Shown in pieces: positions 16,743 to 26,025 of a stretch of DNA of 64,000 nucleotides. Each line of letters starts with the position of its first letter. Position 1 is the stretch's first letter. Made by a program: the position numbers and the translations under genes. Below the pieces are notes generated by a model, which was not told the DNA's origin, ran no database searches, and worked only from the letters and a program-made list of their open reading frames with translations. Source of the DNA: an uncultured Bacteroidales bacterium (lineage in GTDB: Bacteria; Bacteroidota; Bacteroidia; Bacteroidales; Paludibacteraceae); NCBI GenBank assembly GCA_946186915.1, contig CAMHOY010000014.1, positions 1,243-65,242 of the forward strand, read 5' to 3'.

Positions 16743-17311
16743 CGTATTTCAATCATTTTAATTACTTTAGCCGGCACGCCGCCGACGATGCTATTAGCAG
16801 GCACATCTTTGGTGACTACGGCTCCGGCAGCAACGATGGCATTCTCGCCGATGGTCACACCCTGCAAAACAGTCACATTCGCCCCGAGCCACACTCGCTT
16901 GCCGATGTGTATCGGTTTGGCGGTCATACCTGCTCGCTGCGCCGGATCGGGAAGATGATTGAGCGTGCAGAGCGTAGCGTTATGCCCGATAAGCGCATCG
17001 TCATCAATGAAGATACCGCCTTGGTCTTGGAACTTACAGCCCATGTTGATGAACACCCGTTCGCCGATATGCGTGTTCTTGCCGCAGTCGGTATAGAACG
17101 GCGGAAACATACCGAACGACTCCGGCACATCTATCGCCCATAACTCACTTAGCAACCGTCGCAGTTCTTCGGGCGTGTGGTACGAGCCGTTGATCTCGGC
17201 GGTGATACGCAGGGCTTCCTGAGAATACTTATGGAACTCCATATGCAACTCCGAGCCGCCGATAATCGGCTCGTCCGTTGCCATTCGTTCACGAAATTGG
17301 TCTATTGTCAT
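16739..17311 (-). CDS. sugar O-acetyltransferase (Maa/LacA hexapeptide-repeat family)
   Basis: It has the Maa-type N-terminal helix followed by left-handed beta-helix hexapeptide repeats ([31 protein letters not shown]). A 4-nt overlap links it to the esterase. Confidence 0.85.
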   Translation of the reverse strand: MTIDQFRERMATDEPIIGGSELHMEFHKYSQEALRITAEINGSYHTPEELRRLLSELWAIDVPESFGMFPPFYTDCGKNTHIGERVFINMGCKFQDQGGIFIDDDALIGHNATLCTLNHLPDPAQRAGMTAKPIHIGKRVWLGANVTVLQGVTIGENAIVAAGAVVTKDVPANSIVGGVPAKVIKMIEIR

Positions 17312-17322
17312 GCTTATTTCTT

Positions 17323-17814
17323 TTACCCTAAGTCAGCAAAAATAATCCAGTATGGAGAATGGTAGGTCAACACACCTATGGTCAATATGCTGCACAATAT
17401 GAGCACAATCCATAGTCTCCAGTGATTCTGCACGAACGGCGCTGTCCGCCATCGTTTGGCAATGTGGATGGCGCCAAGCATACAAGCGATATAAATGGCG
17501 ATATCAAGCAGCATCAATTCATGCCGCACAAATACCCAATAAGAAAAAAACGCCATGACTATAAGCGGCATCACTGCCAGTCCTCCTAATACAGGTGCAC
17601 CTATTTCACGAATGTCGCGGCGACTAATAGTAAGATACAAACTCAGCAACAGCATTGGGTAAAAAACCATTTTCATGTGGGCCATCACACTCTCCGTCAC
17701 GGGGAAGATATAGCCCATAAAATGGTTGAAGAACGGCACGTGATGCACAAAATGCATGCTTGTACCAAAGACTATCAGCAATATAGCTGCTATGATTGTT
17801 TCTTTGCGGGTCAT
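17323..17814 (-). CDS. integral membrane protein of unknown function
   Basis: 163 aa with about 5 TM segments. I recognise no catalytic motif. Confidence 0.55.
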   Translation of the reverse strand: MTRKETIIAAILLIVFGTSMHFVHHVPFFNHFMGYIFPVTESVMAHMKMVFYPMLLLSLYLTISRRDIREIGAPVLGGLAVMPLIVMAFFSYWVFVRHELMLLDIAIYIACMLGAIHIAKRWRTAPFVQNHWRLWIVLILCSILTIGVLTYHSPYWIIFADLG

Positions 17815-17951
17815 GATTCTCTTTTATGATTTAAAGCATTCAGTTTTATTCTTTTTGCTTTTCCCCTTTTTAATAAGGTGCTCTCTACGTACGCGGGTTG
17901 TTTAACAAGTCTTACCTCCGCATGCTCGGCACAGCGTGGTAATCCACGCGT

Positions 17952-17996
17952 GTACGCGTAATAATAAGGAGAGGCATCCATTCGGGTTGCTCTCTT
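17952..17996. repeat. short hairpin-containing repeat, copy 2
   Basis: It matches 885-937. The surrounding 117-bp segment is flanked by the 10-bp direct repeat ATAAGGTGCT (17873-17882 and 18000-18009). Confidence 0.6.
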
Positions 17997-18119
17997 ATTA
18001 TAAGGTGCTTTTTGCCAGAAGATGTATTCAAAACTAGCTTAAACCTTTAGTCGTCGATGCGGATGAAATAATTCAAAAATCATGCCAAATATTAACGCGT
18101 CCGATAAAAAAGCAAAAAA

Positions 18120-18150
18120 TTTGTGGGATTCAAAAAAAGTTGTACCTTTG
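18120..18150 (+). promoter_or_regulatory. promoter of the second sensor phosphatase gene
   Basis: TTTG at 18120-18123, 19 bp, then TACCTTTG at 18143-18150. Confidence 0.6.
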
Positions 18151-18190
18151 CACCCTGAATAAGAACCCCTGTCATGGCGTATAGTGATAT

Positions 18191-19816
18191 ATGAGATTCC
18201 GTACTTTACCCATAGTGGCTATTCTATTCGTTGCCGCGGCAATGGTTGTTCAGTTCGTCATCTCTTTTTCTTTGGAGAGAGAGCACGTGCGCGAGGTGGT
18301 TGAATACAAAATGCAGTTGGCGCAGAAGGACTTCTTCTACGTCTTGTTAGGTTTTCATAACGCGGCAGACGAGATACGGAAATATGTTCTGGAACATCCA
18401 GGCACTGAGCGCGAGTTATTAGAGGCGACCCGTTCGGAACTTGAGCGCTATCCGCATATAGACAATATTTTCGTTAAGTTTGCGCCTGGTGTCTATCAGG
18501 GCAAGGAGAGTAATTATTTCCCGCGTACATATCGTTCCCACGGTCAGACGATCACTACTGCGCATGGCTCGGATAGTTTGGATTACTACGTGCGCGACTG
18601 GTACACCGGTGCACTCCGATGCGACAGTAACGGTTATTGGTCAGAGCCGTATATAGGCGCAAGTACACAGACACTGATTGCATCCCATTCCATCAAAATA
18701 GAAGACGAACAAGGACGATTAGTAGGCGTAGTGGGAGATGATTTTAGGATCGAGTGGATGAAAGATATTCTCCAGGATATCAAGCCTCATGAAGAGGCGG
18801 TCTGTATTCTTCATGGAACGAACGGCAGCCTCATCGCTTCCTCTGACAATAGTACGCCGGAAAACGAGATGCGGTACAAGAACGATAAATGGCATTGGAT
18901 GGCCTATTCGCAGAGGATGTACCCGATCAACATGGAGTTGATGATCGCCGTGCCGAATCGTATCATTTGGCAGAGTATCCAAAAGAAGAGCCTTATTACG
19001 CTTTGTGTCCTGATTATCGGTATCGTTGTGCTCGTTCTGCTCTTTCGCCGGATTGAGAAAAACCAGAAAGCATACCTTCAGGTAGAGAATGAGCATAAAC
19101 TCATCCAAAATGAGATGCAGATTGCGCGGAATATCCAGAGAAGTATCTTGGTGCATGATTTCATAGATGACGAGCAGCTCTCTCTCCACGCGACATTAGT
19201 GCCTATGCAGAGCGTCGGAGGCGATCTGTATGATTTCTATCGTGACGGCGATTATGTGACCTTCATCATAGGCGACGTCAGCGGCAAAGGAATGCCTGCG
19301 GCGATGTTCATGTCCGCTACCGTGACGCTCTTTCGCGCTACTGTAAAACATCATTTGTCGCCCAATGTGATTATGGGGGAGATAAATTCCACACTCTCGT
19401 CGAACAACAGTTCGATGATGTTCGTGACCGCTTTTATCGGGCGGCTCCATCTACCGACAGGTCAACTGACGTACTGCAACGCCGGGCATCTGCCGCCTCT
19501 CATGGTGAAGGATGGACAGTGCCGCTGGTTCGATATGAAAGCGGCAAATGTCATTTTGGGGTTAGATGAGACCTACCATTTTACGGAGCAATCCACCACG
19601 CTCGATCATGGTGAGCAGGTCATCGTTTTTACCGATGGCGTTACAGAGGCGGAGAACGCCCGCAAAGAGTTGTTGGGTTTTGACCATCTGTTGGAGCAGT
19701 TGCAATCTGTTCAGCAGCCGATAGACGATCGGACGGTATTTGACGTAGTACGCCGGTTCAGCGCTGGTGCGGAACAATCGGATGACATTGCTATTATGAA
19801 CATAATGAGAAAATAA
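18191..19816 (+). CDS. membrane sensor PP2C/SpoIIE phosphatase (Cache-like domain, TM, PP2C; no kinase domain)
   Basis: The architecture and motifs are paralogous to 11857-13872 (GGDLYDF...IIGDVSGKGMPAAMFMS...TDGVTEA...SDDIAIM), but the protein ends after the PP2C domain. Confidence 0.85.
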   Translation: MRFRTLPIVAILFVAAAMVVQFVISFSLEREHVREVVEYKMQLAQKDFFYVLLGFHNAADEIRKYVLEHPGTERELLEATRSELERYPHIDNIFVKFAPGVYQGKESNYFPRTYRSHGQTITTAHGSDSLDYYVRDWYTGALRCDSNGYWSEPYIGASTQTLIASHSIKIEDEQGRLVGVVGDDFRIEWMKDILQDIKPHEEAVCILHGTNGSLIASSDNSTPENEMRYKNDKWHWMAYSQRMYPINMELMIAVPNRIIWQSIQKKSLITLCVLIIGIVVLVLLFRRIEKNQKAYLQVENEHKLIQNEMQIARNIQRSILVHDFIDDEQLSLHATLVPMQSVGGDLYDFYRDGDYVTFIIGDVSGKGMPAAMFMSATVTLFRATVKHHLSPNVIMGEINSTLSSNNSSMMFVTAFIGRLHLPTGQLTYCNAGHLPPLMVKDGQCRWFDMKAANVILGLDETYHFTEQSTTLDHGEQVIVFTDGVTEAENARKELLGFDHLLEQLQSVQQPIDDRTVFDVVRRFSAGAEQSDDIAIMNIMRK

Positions 19817-19830
19817 GGTCCTTGGACCCT

Positions 19831-21594
19831 TTAATCGTCAAGTCCGAATGCCTTGCCGGTGAGCATTTTGCCGTCACGGATTTCGCAATAACCGGAGAGG
19901 ATGTGATTGTGGTAATGGCGGTCTATTTTCCCAACAATGTTGATTTTCAGATGTTCACGCTCAAATCTATACCCTTCAATATGCAGTCCTGCCGGAAGAA
20001 ACTCTGACATGCTGCGCGTCAGCCGGCAGAGTATTTCTTCTTCTGTATCGTTGCTGTTTTCTTCCGGCACAATGTGCGCTACCAGCGGGCTGTTTCCTAT
20101 AGCTAACGGGCATACCAGTGCCTCTTTGACAGCCGGATCATCCCGCAGGCGGTTGGCTATATCAAAGAGATAAACTTTCTCCCCATCGGGAGCTTCTACA
20201 TATTGCGCCATGCGACCATAAATAAAGAGTTTGCCGTTATGGTCCAACTCGCCTAAGTCCTGGGTATGCAGCCATCCTCCCTGCAGTTTCGTCTTGTTCA
20301 GTTCCGGGTTGTTGATATAGCCGCCGGTGAGTGATTGCGTCTTCACTCGTATTTCTCCGCGTTGATTACAACCCAGTTCTTTGCCTTCTTCATCAAAGAT
20401 ACCTACAGTGACGCCCGGGAAAGGCGCGCCTACACACACGGCGTGGCGTGAGTAGTCTTTGTCGAAACCTGTCGGCTGGTAGTCCACCGTGCAGACTGAG
20501 AACGTCTCACTGAGTCCGTAGCCGGAGGTGAGCGCTACGGAACTGCCACAGGCTTCCATGACCTCGTTAATATGTTGCAGCGCCTGCGGTGTACATCCTT
20601 CACCACCCATGACGGGGAAACGGAAAAAACTCAGATCAGGACGTTTGCCGTTTTGGATAAGCCGATCAACATGATCTATGAGGTGTACCCATGAGGCACC
20701 GGTTGCCAGAGTTGTCTGAGGTCGGAGAGCAAGTATGTTCTTCGTGAAATGCCGAACGTCAGGACGCGGGTCGAGATAGACAGTCATGCCGCGGAAGAGA
20801 GGTGCCAGAACCAGCACAAAGAAGCCGGTACAGACAAAAGGCGGCAGTTGGCAATAAGAGGTTGTTCCCGCGCAGAAGGGGTTGCCATTCTCGTTGAAAG
20901 CCAAGGCATTGCGGAACATGGCAATCATCGCCTCGTCACTCATGCCGATTTGGCTCGCGACACCCTTACCGGATGTGCCGGAAGAACAGAAGATAAAGGC
21001 TGCTTTGCCTTTCTCAGCCGCTGCTTCCAGCGGACCATCGTAGTGCCCGAAATGGCGGATGGCGCTATCAGCTGTCAGGTATTTGGCTCTATGACGTTTT
21101 CTGAAATGTCTTATGCTGTTCAGTGGCGATGCCATCATCTTGAGCGGATACCCCATGGAGCGCGTTGCCGATACGATGACTACCTGCTCGAATTGCTCGC
21201 GTTGTAGTGTATTACGAATCATCTTTTCCATTCCGTCGAAGACGAAAGCAACGCGGCTTTTTCCTATCATGGTGTCCAGCGCCTGAGGCGATACCATCAA
21301 GTTGGGAAGGTTGGCTCTTACTCCCGTCATATCGGCGGCGAGCATGATATATATGAATTCCGGCAGAGAAGGCCCAAAGAGAAGCAATTCATCGCCCTCG
21401 GCCAATCCCATACCTTTGATGACGCGAGCCCAGAGGTGTACCTGCTTCACAAATGTCTGACGGCTGATACGGCGTCCGAAATATACAAGGGCGTCGTGGC
21501 GGTTTTCGTCAGCTAGGATACCGCGCTCCATAAATTTCCACAGGGTCTCATGAGAAGACTCGTTGTGTGGTGTGTTCTTCATCTCATTCTTCAT
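19831..21594 (-). CDS. AMP-dependent synthetase/ligase (acyl/aryl adenylate-forming enzyme)
   Basis: 587 aa with core motifs FCSSGTSGKGV, GYGLSET and TQDLG..D..G.L...GR. Confidence 0.8.
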   Translation of the reverse strand: MKNEMKNTPHNESSHETLWKFMERGILADENRHDALVYFGRRISRQTFVKQVHLWARVIKGMGLAEGDELLLFGPSLPEFIYIMLAADMTGVRANLPNLMVSPQALDTMIGKSRVAFVFDGMEKMIRNTLQREQFEQVVIVSATRSMGYPLKMMASPLNSIRHFRKRHRAKYLTADSAIRHFGHYDGPLEAAAEKGKAAFIFCSSGTSGKGVASQIGMSDEAMIAMFRNALAFNENGNPFCAGTTSYCQLPPFVCTGFFVLVLAPLFRGMTVYLDPRPDVRHFTKNILALRPQTTLATGASWVHLIDHVDRLIQNGKRPDLSFFRFPVMGGEGCTPQALQHINEVMEACGSSVALTSGYGLSETFSVCTVDYQPTGFDKDYSRHAVCVGAPFPGVTVGIFDEEGKELGCNQRGEIRVKTQSLTGGYINNPELNKTKLQGGWLHTQDLGELDHNGKLFIYGRMAQYVEAPDGEKVYLFDIANRLRDDPAVKEALVCPLAIGNSPLVAHIVPEENSNDTEEEILCRLTRSMSEFLPAGLHIEGYRFEREHLKINIVGKIDRHYHNHILSGYCEIRDGKMLTGKAFGLDD

Positions 21595-21596
21595 AT

Positions 21597-23009
21597 CTAT
21601 TTGACGGTTTTGTATAACCGTCGCATATCTTCAGGATTCTCTACAAAAGCCATCATCATCTGTCCCATAAAGGCGATGATAAAATGCGGATTCATACCTC
21701 CGTGCGGTACCAAACGCATAGAAGGTACGGCGAGCATGTGAACCAATGGGTTCTGTCCTTGATTGCTGATAGCACGGTATTGGTCGTATGCATATTTGTA
21801 AGGAAGCATGTCGTCCACCGGGCTATGGGCAATATAAACAGAATGCGCCGGAGTCCATCCGGACAGATCGTTATACTTGTTAAGGCATGCCAGCCATGCC
21901 TGTATCTTCGGGCAATCCAAATCGACCTGACCGTCTTCCAAGAGCATATCCGGTGCAACAAGACCCGCGAACGAATCAATTGTTGCGGAGACGGGGTCCA
22001 TAATCTCCGGGATGTAATGACAAACAGCCTCCAAGAAGGATATATTTCGTCCGTCCACTTGGTACTGGGGCTCGTTATACCATTGTGGAACAAGCTGTTC
22101 GGGCTTATATCCACCTAATTGTTCCTTTGTGAATGCTTTGAGATACCCCACCACTGTCACGGGCTTTAGATGAAAATCTTTCGCATCCCGGTATATGTAT
22201 TTCGTTAATTCCGGAACGATGGATACTCCTTCTACGATGAAGGAAGACCGTAATCGCAAGGTGTCTTTGAACCATTTCGGAGCCTCGGTGTCATACCATT
22301 TGTCGAAATACAGTGTAGGCATCGATCCTTGGGAACCGCCCCAGTTGGTGGTGTAGCCTTCCGGTGCCAGACTCACGCCATGTTGTTTCATGATTTCTAA
22401 TGCGGCTACGGTGCAATCAGCGAGCTGGCGGGTCGTGTGCATTGCCGATCCGCCGCCGTCAAACTCTATACCATGGGTAATGCCCCATTTTTGCAGGTCA
22501 GGCTCAATGATGACTGAATCCCAAAGTACTTTGAGCGGCACATACATCAGGCTCCGGGATGGAGCCCACTCCGGGTTGAAGAACGCTTGATGCGTATGGA
22601 GCGAGATAGTTTTCGCCTGATGAGGGATGCTTGCGTCTTTATGGTGAAGAAACGTGACTCGCCCGGAAAGGACGACATTGCGTTCATCGACAGTTTGGCT
22701 CCGGTAAGTAAATGTGTAACTCTGTATTTCCCAGCAGCGCTTGGAGAAAAAGCCCAGACCGCACTCTTTGGCAAAACGCCTGTTCAGTCGGGGTATATGC
22801 GAATAGACTTTGGCTCTAAAAAGAGCCTTCAGCCATGGAAGAGCACCGGATCGGATTCCCTTAAGCAGGGCCGTGAAAGAAGGAGAACCTAAAGATTCTG
22901 CAAATTCGCCTGGTGTATAATGATATTCCGAAAGGATGCTAACCAAGCTTTGCTTGGAGAGTTCCCATTGCTTGGCGGAGATTCCTCTGCTTGTCACTTT
23001 ATTAACCAT
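21597..23009 (-). CDS. putative serine hydrolase/lipase-like protein
   Basis: GGSQG matches the GxSxG pattern, and there is a C-terminal His. I moved the start to the ATG at 23009 because the tracked TTG at 23057 lies in the -7 box. It is 2 nt upstream of the AMP-ligase gene. Confidence 0.45.
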   Translation of the reverse strand: MVNKVTSRGISAKQWELSKQSLVSILSEYHYTPGEFAESLGSPSFTALLKGIRSGALPWLKALFRAKVYSHIPRLNRRFAKECGLGFFSKRCWEIQSYTFTYRSQTVDERNVVLSGRVTFLHHKDASIPHQAKTISLHTHQAFFNPEWAPSRSLMYVPLKVLWDSVIIEPDLQKWGITHGIEFDGGGSAMHTTRQLADCTVAALEIMKQHGVSLAPEGYTTNWGGSQGSMPTLYFDKWYDTEAPKWFKDTLRLRSSFIVEGVSIVPELTKYIYRDAKDFHLKPVTVVGYLKAFTKEQLGGYKPEQLVPQWYNEPQYQVDGRNISFLEAVCHYIPEIMDPVSATIDSFAGLVAPDMLLEDGQVDLDCPKIQAWLACLNKYNDLSGWTPAHSVYIAHSPVDDMLPYKYAYDQYRAISNQGQNPLVHMLAVPSMRLVPHGGMNPHFIIAFMGQMMMAFVENPEDMRRLYKTVK

Positions 23010-23054
23010 CTCGTGTCGTCTGGCTTTTAATTGAGTTTTGGCTCTTACAGCCTG

Positions 23055-23086
23055 CAAAGGTACTACTTTTTTTTGAAGTATGCAAG
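23055..23086 (-). promoter_or_regulatory. promoter of the hydrolase/AMP-ligase pair
   Basis: On the reverse strand: cTTG, 20 bp, then TACCTTTG. Confidence 0.6.
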
Positions 23087-23164
23087 TTAAATGCAGAATT
23101 TTCCTATAAATCGGTGGATTTATAGGCTTATATCAGCTTTTTCGTACCCAAGACTCAGGCCGAA

Positions 23165-24061
23165 CTATTCCAAATTGTTGAGATCAATAAGCCGGTTGAC
23201 GATGGCGTAGATGGTAAGACCTGCTGTCGAATGAATATTCAGCTTGCGGGTAATATGTTTGCGGTGTGAAACGACGGTGTGTTGGGAGATACATAACACA
23301 TCTGCAATCTCTTTGTTACTCAGTCCCCTTACGACTTGGATAAGCACATCCCGCTCGCGGCTACTCAGTTCTTCCGTCTCGTGCTGGGTATCTTGCTGTT
23401 TGGTCGTATGGCGATGTTTGGTAAGCATTGGATAGAGGATGTCGTCTTCAATCGCACAATGGTCGGCAAAGTCCTGCTCCGTGTGCCATAGATCACTCAT
23501 GACACTGATGAGCAGATAGGTGATGGTGTCATCTTGTTCAGAGACCGTTCCATCCGTTTGTCGGGTGGTCGTTCCGGGATAATACTTGATGATCAGGTTT
23601 TTAATCTCCGTCAGTTTGGAGGTAATACGCTCGTCATCATGCTCGTGCTCCTCGAACAACCCGGCGTTCTCATGCTCAATGTGCGTACGTATCTCATCGA
23701 CGAACTCGTCGTAGCATCGAAGAATAAGTCCCGGAATCTTCGTGGTCGGATCAGCCGGAATGATGGCTTCTATAAGTGCCCTGCGCAGACGTGGCAGGCG
23801 GAAATTCAGGAAATAGTTGTGTGCGTTCTGTAGGTAGCGTTGCAGGGTAGGGACGTCAATGTCTGCCGGCAGAGCTTTTTGCTTGAAGACTTTGTAATTC
23901 ACAATAGCCAGAAAAGTAGGCGTATGTACATTATGCGCAGAGCAGACCTGCTCTATGGTCTGTTCTCCCACTCCCATCTCCAGCCCGAAACGGCTGATGA
24001 TCTGTATAGCATCCTCCTCGCGCGACATCAAATCGCATATCTTGTCAGTCCCTTTATACAT
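23165..24061 (-). CDS. LuxR-type HTH transcriptional regulator with a non-receiver N-terminal domain
   Basis: The C-terminus LSSRERDVLIQVVRGLSNKEIADVLCISQHTVVSHRKHITRKL is a LuxR/GerE HTH. The N-terminal ~220 aa are rich in His/Glu helices (HIEHENAGLFEEHEHDDE). Confidence 0.75.
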   Translation of the reverse strand: MYKGTDKICDLMSREEDAIQIISRFGLEMGVGEQTIEQVCSAHNVHTPTFLAIVNYKVFKQKALPADIDVPTLQRYLQNAHNYFLNFRLPRLRRALIEAIIPADPTTKIPGLILRCYDEFVDEIRTHIEHENAGLFEEHEHDDERITSKLTEIKNLIIKYYPGTTTRQTDGTVSEQDDTITYLLISVMSDLWHTEQDFADHCAIEDDILYPMLTKHRHTTKQQDTQHETEELSSRERDVLIQVVRGLSNKEIADVLCISQHTVVSHRKHITRKLNIHSTAGLTIYAIVNRLIDLNNLE

Positions 24062-24084
24062 GGCGTTTTATTCAAAAAACGCTG

Positions 24085-24116
24085 CAAAATTACTGTTTTT
24101 TTGCGATATGGGCAAA
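24085..24116 (-). promoter_or_regulatory. promoter of the LuxR-type regulator gene
   Basis: On the reverse strand: TTTG, 20 bp, then TAATTTTG. Confidence 0.6.
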
Positions 24117-24151
24117 TCCATAGGCAAAAATCCCTAAAAATGGGGATGAAT

Positions 24152-24508
24152 TTAGAGTTGATGGTTTAACGGTTTAAGGTTTAGGATTTTGTTGTTCATT
24201 TCCTCTCTTTTGCGCTCGTAGTAGGCGTGTCGTTTCGGGTTTTCGGGAAACCACCCACGCAGGACGCGCTTCTCTTGCTTGATCACTTCGCCAATTCCCC
24301 AGAAACAGGAGAATGCAAACGCTCCTAAGATGGTAGAGATGATGTAGTTCTCAACCAGCAGCGAAGCCGTTGTAGAGATTAATCCTGTTACGAAGAACAC
24401 CCACCATCCTTTACGCCCGAAGTAATACTCCAGCTTGATGGTGACGGGATGACAGATGCCGATACTCAGAAAAACGACAGCGCCAATGATAAGTCCTGTA
24501 TAATTCAT
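24152..24508 (-). CDS. small membrane protein (3-4 TM), function unknown
   Basis: 118 aa with a hydrophobic N-terminal two-thirds and a basic C-terminal tail. Confidence 0.55.
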   Translation of the reverse strand: MNYTGLIIGAVVFLSIGICHPVTIKLEYYFGRKGWWVFFVTGLISTTASLLVENYIISTILGAFAFSCFWGIGEVIKQEKRVLRGWFPENPKRHAYYERKREEMNNKILNLKPLNHQL

Positions 24509-24533
24509 TTTAATTCTTAATTTTTAATTTGTC

Positions 24534-25184
24534 TTAATGACAAAACATAAATCCGAAGTAGAGCCTTGGACCTGTAGGCATGCATAGTACGGAACGATGG
24601 AATGCTAACATCCAGTCGAGCCGGAAGGTGATGTGCACTTTGCGCGTCAGGCAATAATCGCATCCCACGTAAGGCGTGACGTAGAAGAAGGACTGTTTGT
24701 GGAAGGTGCTGTTCTTGTCCGGTTCCCAACTGTCCTGATTGCCGTCCAGGATGTACAATCCCTTCATCGAACCTCCACCAATGACGCCGCCGATGTACGG
24801 CCATGCTTTGTCCAGCCGCCAGCAGCAGTCTGCCAAGACACCTCCGCATCCTACGCGAATATAACTTCCGCTTTTGAGCACGTCGCGGCAGTCGGTGGTA
24901 CCGCCGGGCATAGTGCTCACGAAGCCTTCAAAACCCGTGCGCAGATGTTTCCATAGATGTACGCGCAAGGCACCTCCGATGCCGAACAAGGCTCCCTGCG
25001 GACTGCATAAACGCCCATCGGGAGTCATAGGCGCGTTGCCGTCACGGCCGAACAGATAGCCGGTATGTAGCATCATACCACCCGAAAAACCTTGATAAAC
25101 CTTGTTTTTAGCAATGCCTTCATGCACCTGTGCACAGAGAGCGGTGGTCATCAAGAGGGACAAGAATAGTACTTTTGCTCGCAT
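24534..25184 (-). CDS. putative outer-membrane beta-barrel protein
   Basis: Signal peptide MRAKVLFLSLLMTTALCAQV, followed by a Gly/aromatic-rich alternating pattern. A -7 box TACTTTTG (reverse strand) lies at 25202-25209. Confidence 0.5.
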   Translation of the reverse strand: MRAKVLFLSLLMTTALCAQVHEGIAKNKVYQGFSGGMMLHTGYLFGRDGNAPMTPDGRLCSPQGALFGIGGALRVHLWKHLRTGFEGFVSTMPGGTTDCRDVLKSGSYIRVGCGGVLADCCWRLDKAWPYIGGVIGGGSMKGLYILDGNQDSWEPDKNSTFHKQSFFYVTPYVGCDYCLTRKVHITFRLDWMLAFHRSVLCMPTGPRLYFGFMFCH

Positions 25185-25283
25185 AGTTGAAAAATTTGCT
25201 GCAAAAGTACGATGATTTTCTTAAATAAAAATTAAGAATTTCTTAAGAAGCAATAAATTCCCTACAAATAGGGATAAAAGCAT

Positions 25284-25880
25284 TTATGCCAAGGGTACGA
25301 TTAACTCATTCCTTGTTCCGTTAATGTCGAGAGACAGGGAAAAATGGTGCATTGTGAGGCGCGAAGAGAGTCTCAACACACCGGGCTTGGCGCCGGGCAT
25401 GAGGGCGGCAAGTACGCCGTCTAATAATTTGCGAAGCGCTTTGGGCTCAATGGTCAGCTCGTTGACAAACGGTGTCAGGTTCATTTGCGGAACCAGTCCG
25501 GCGGAACGAATCTCCACTTCATGGCTTTTCAGCCATTCGGCTAAGAAGAGAGGCAGGTCGATGGTGTGTTGCATGACCACCTGCTCCATTTGGAAGATAA
25601 ACCCGATACCGCGGATGGCTTTTACGGGATGCTTGGCGTTCCAGCCCATTTTGCGGCGCAGCGCATTGAGATGTACGTCTATCGTACCGGTGTCGTACTG
25701 GAAGCGGTCACCCCATATATGGTCGAGCAGTTCCTGCCGCGTGCATATCCGGTTCGGATGCGCGGTAAGAAAGTCCAGCAAACCGTATTCCAGACCGGTC
25801 AGGTGTACCTCTTGCCCGTCTTTGTGTACACTCCGCTGTTCGCGGTCAATGGTAATATGTTCAGTAATGGTCGTCCACAT
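25284..25880 (-). CDS. orphan OmpR/PhoB-type winged-helix DNA-binding protein (no receiver domain)
   Basis: The N-terminal wHTH reads VHLTGLEYGLLDFLTAHPNRICTRQELLDHIWG...TIDVHLNALRRKM...IRGIGFIF. The C-terminal ~100 aa belong to no family I can name. Confidence 0.7.
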   Translation of the reverse strand: MWTTITEHITIDREQRSVHKDGQEVHLTGLEYGLLDFLTAHPNRICTRQELLDHIWGDRFQYDTGTIDVHLNALRRKMGWNAKHPVKAIRGIGFIFQMEQVVMQHTIDLPLFLAEWLKSHEVEIRSAGLVPQMNLTPFVNELTIEPKALRKLLDGVLAALMPGAKPGVLRLSSRLTMHHFSLSLDINGTRNELIVPLA

Positions 25881-25888
25881 TGGCGGTG

Positions 25889-25920
25889 CAAAGGTACGCT
25901 ATTTATTTGATATATGCAAA
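25889..25920 (-). promoter_or_regulatory. promoter of the wHTH gene
   Basis: On the reverse strand: TTTG, 20 bp, then TACCTTTG. Confidence 0.6.
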
Positions 25921-25951
25921 TAATTCCGTTATTTTTCACAATATTTGGTTA

Positions 25952-25982
25952 TTGCCTGTATGCGGAAAAAGCAGTAATTTTG
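25952..25982 (+). promoter_or_regulatory. promoter of the porin-imelysin-DUF1111-CcsA operon
   Basis: aTTG at 25952-25954, 20 bp, then TAATTTTG at 25975-25982. It is divergent from the wHTH promoter. Confidence 0.55.
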
Positions 25983-26025
25983 CACTATGAAAAATGAAAG
26001 CCGATAAGTGAAAGGCGAAAAGAAT

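Noticed and set aside
19817-19830. GGTCC-tt-GGACC between the convergent phosphatase and AMP-ligase genes, considered as a bidirectional terminator.
   Set aside because: The stem is only 5 bp with a 2-nt loop and there is no U-tract on either strand. This is too weak to call.
24517-24849. A 110-aa minus-strand ORF overlapping the outer-membrane barrel gene in another frame.
   Set aside because: It is entirely nested in a longer ORF that has a signal peptide and its own promoter. Its Arg/His/Leu-rich translation looks like an out-of-frame artefact.
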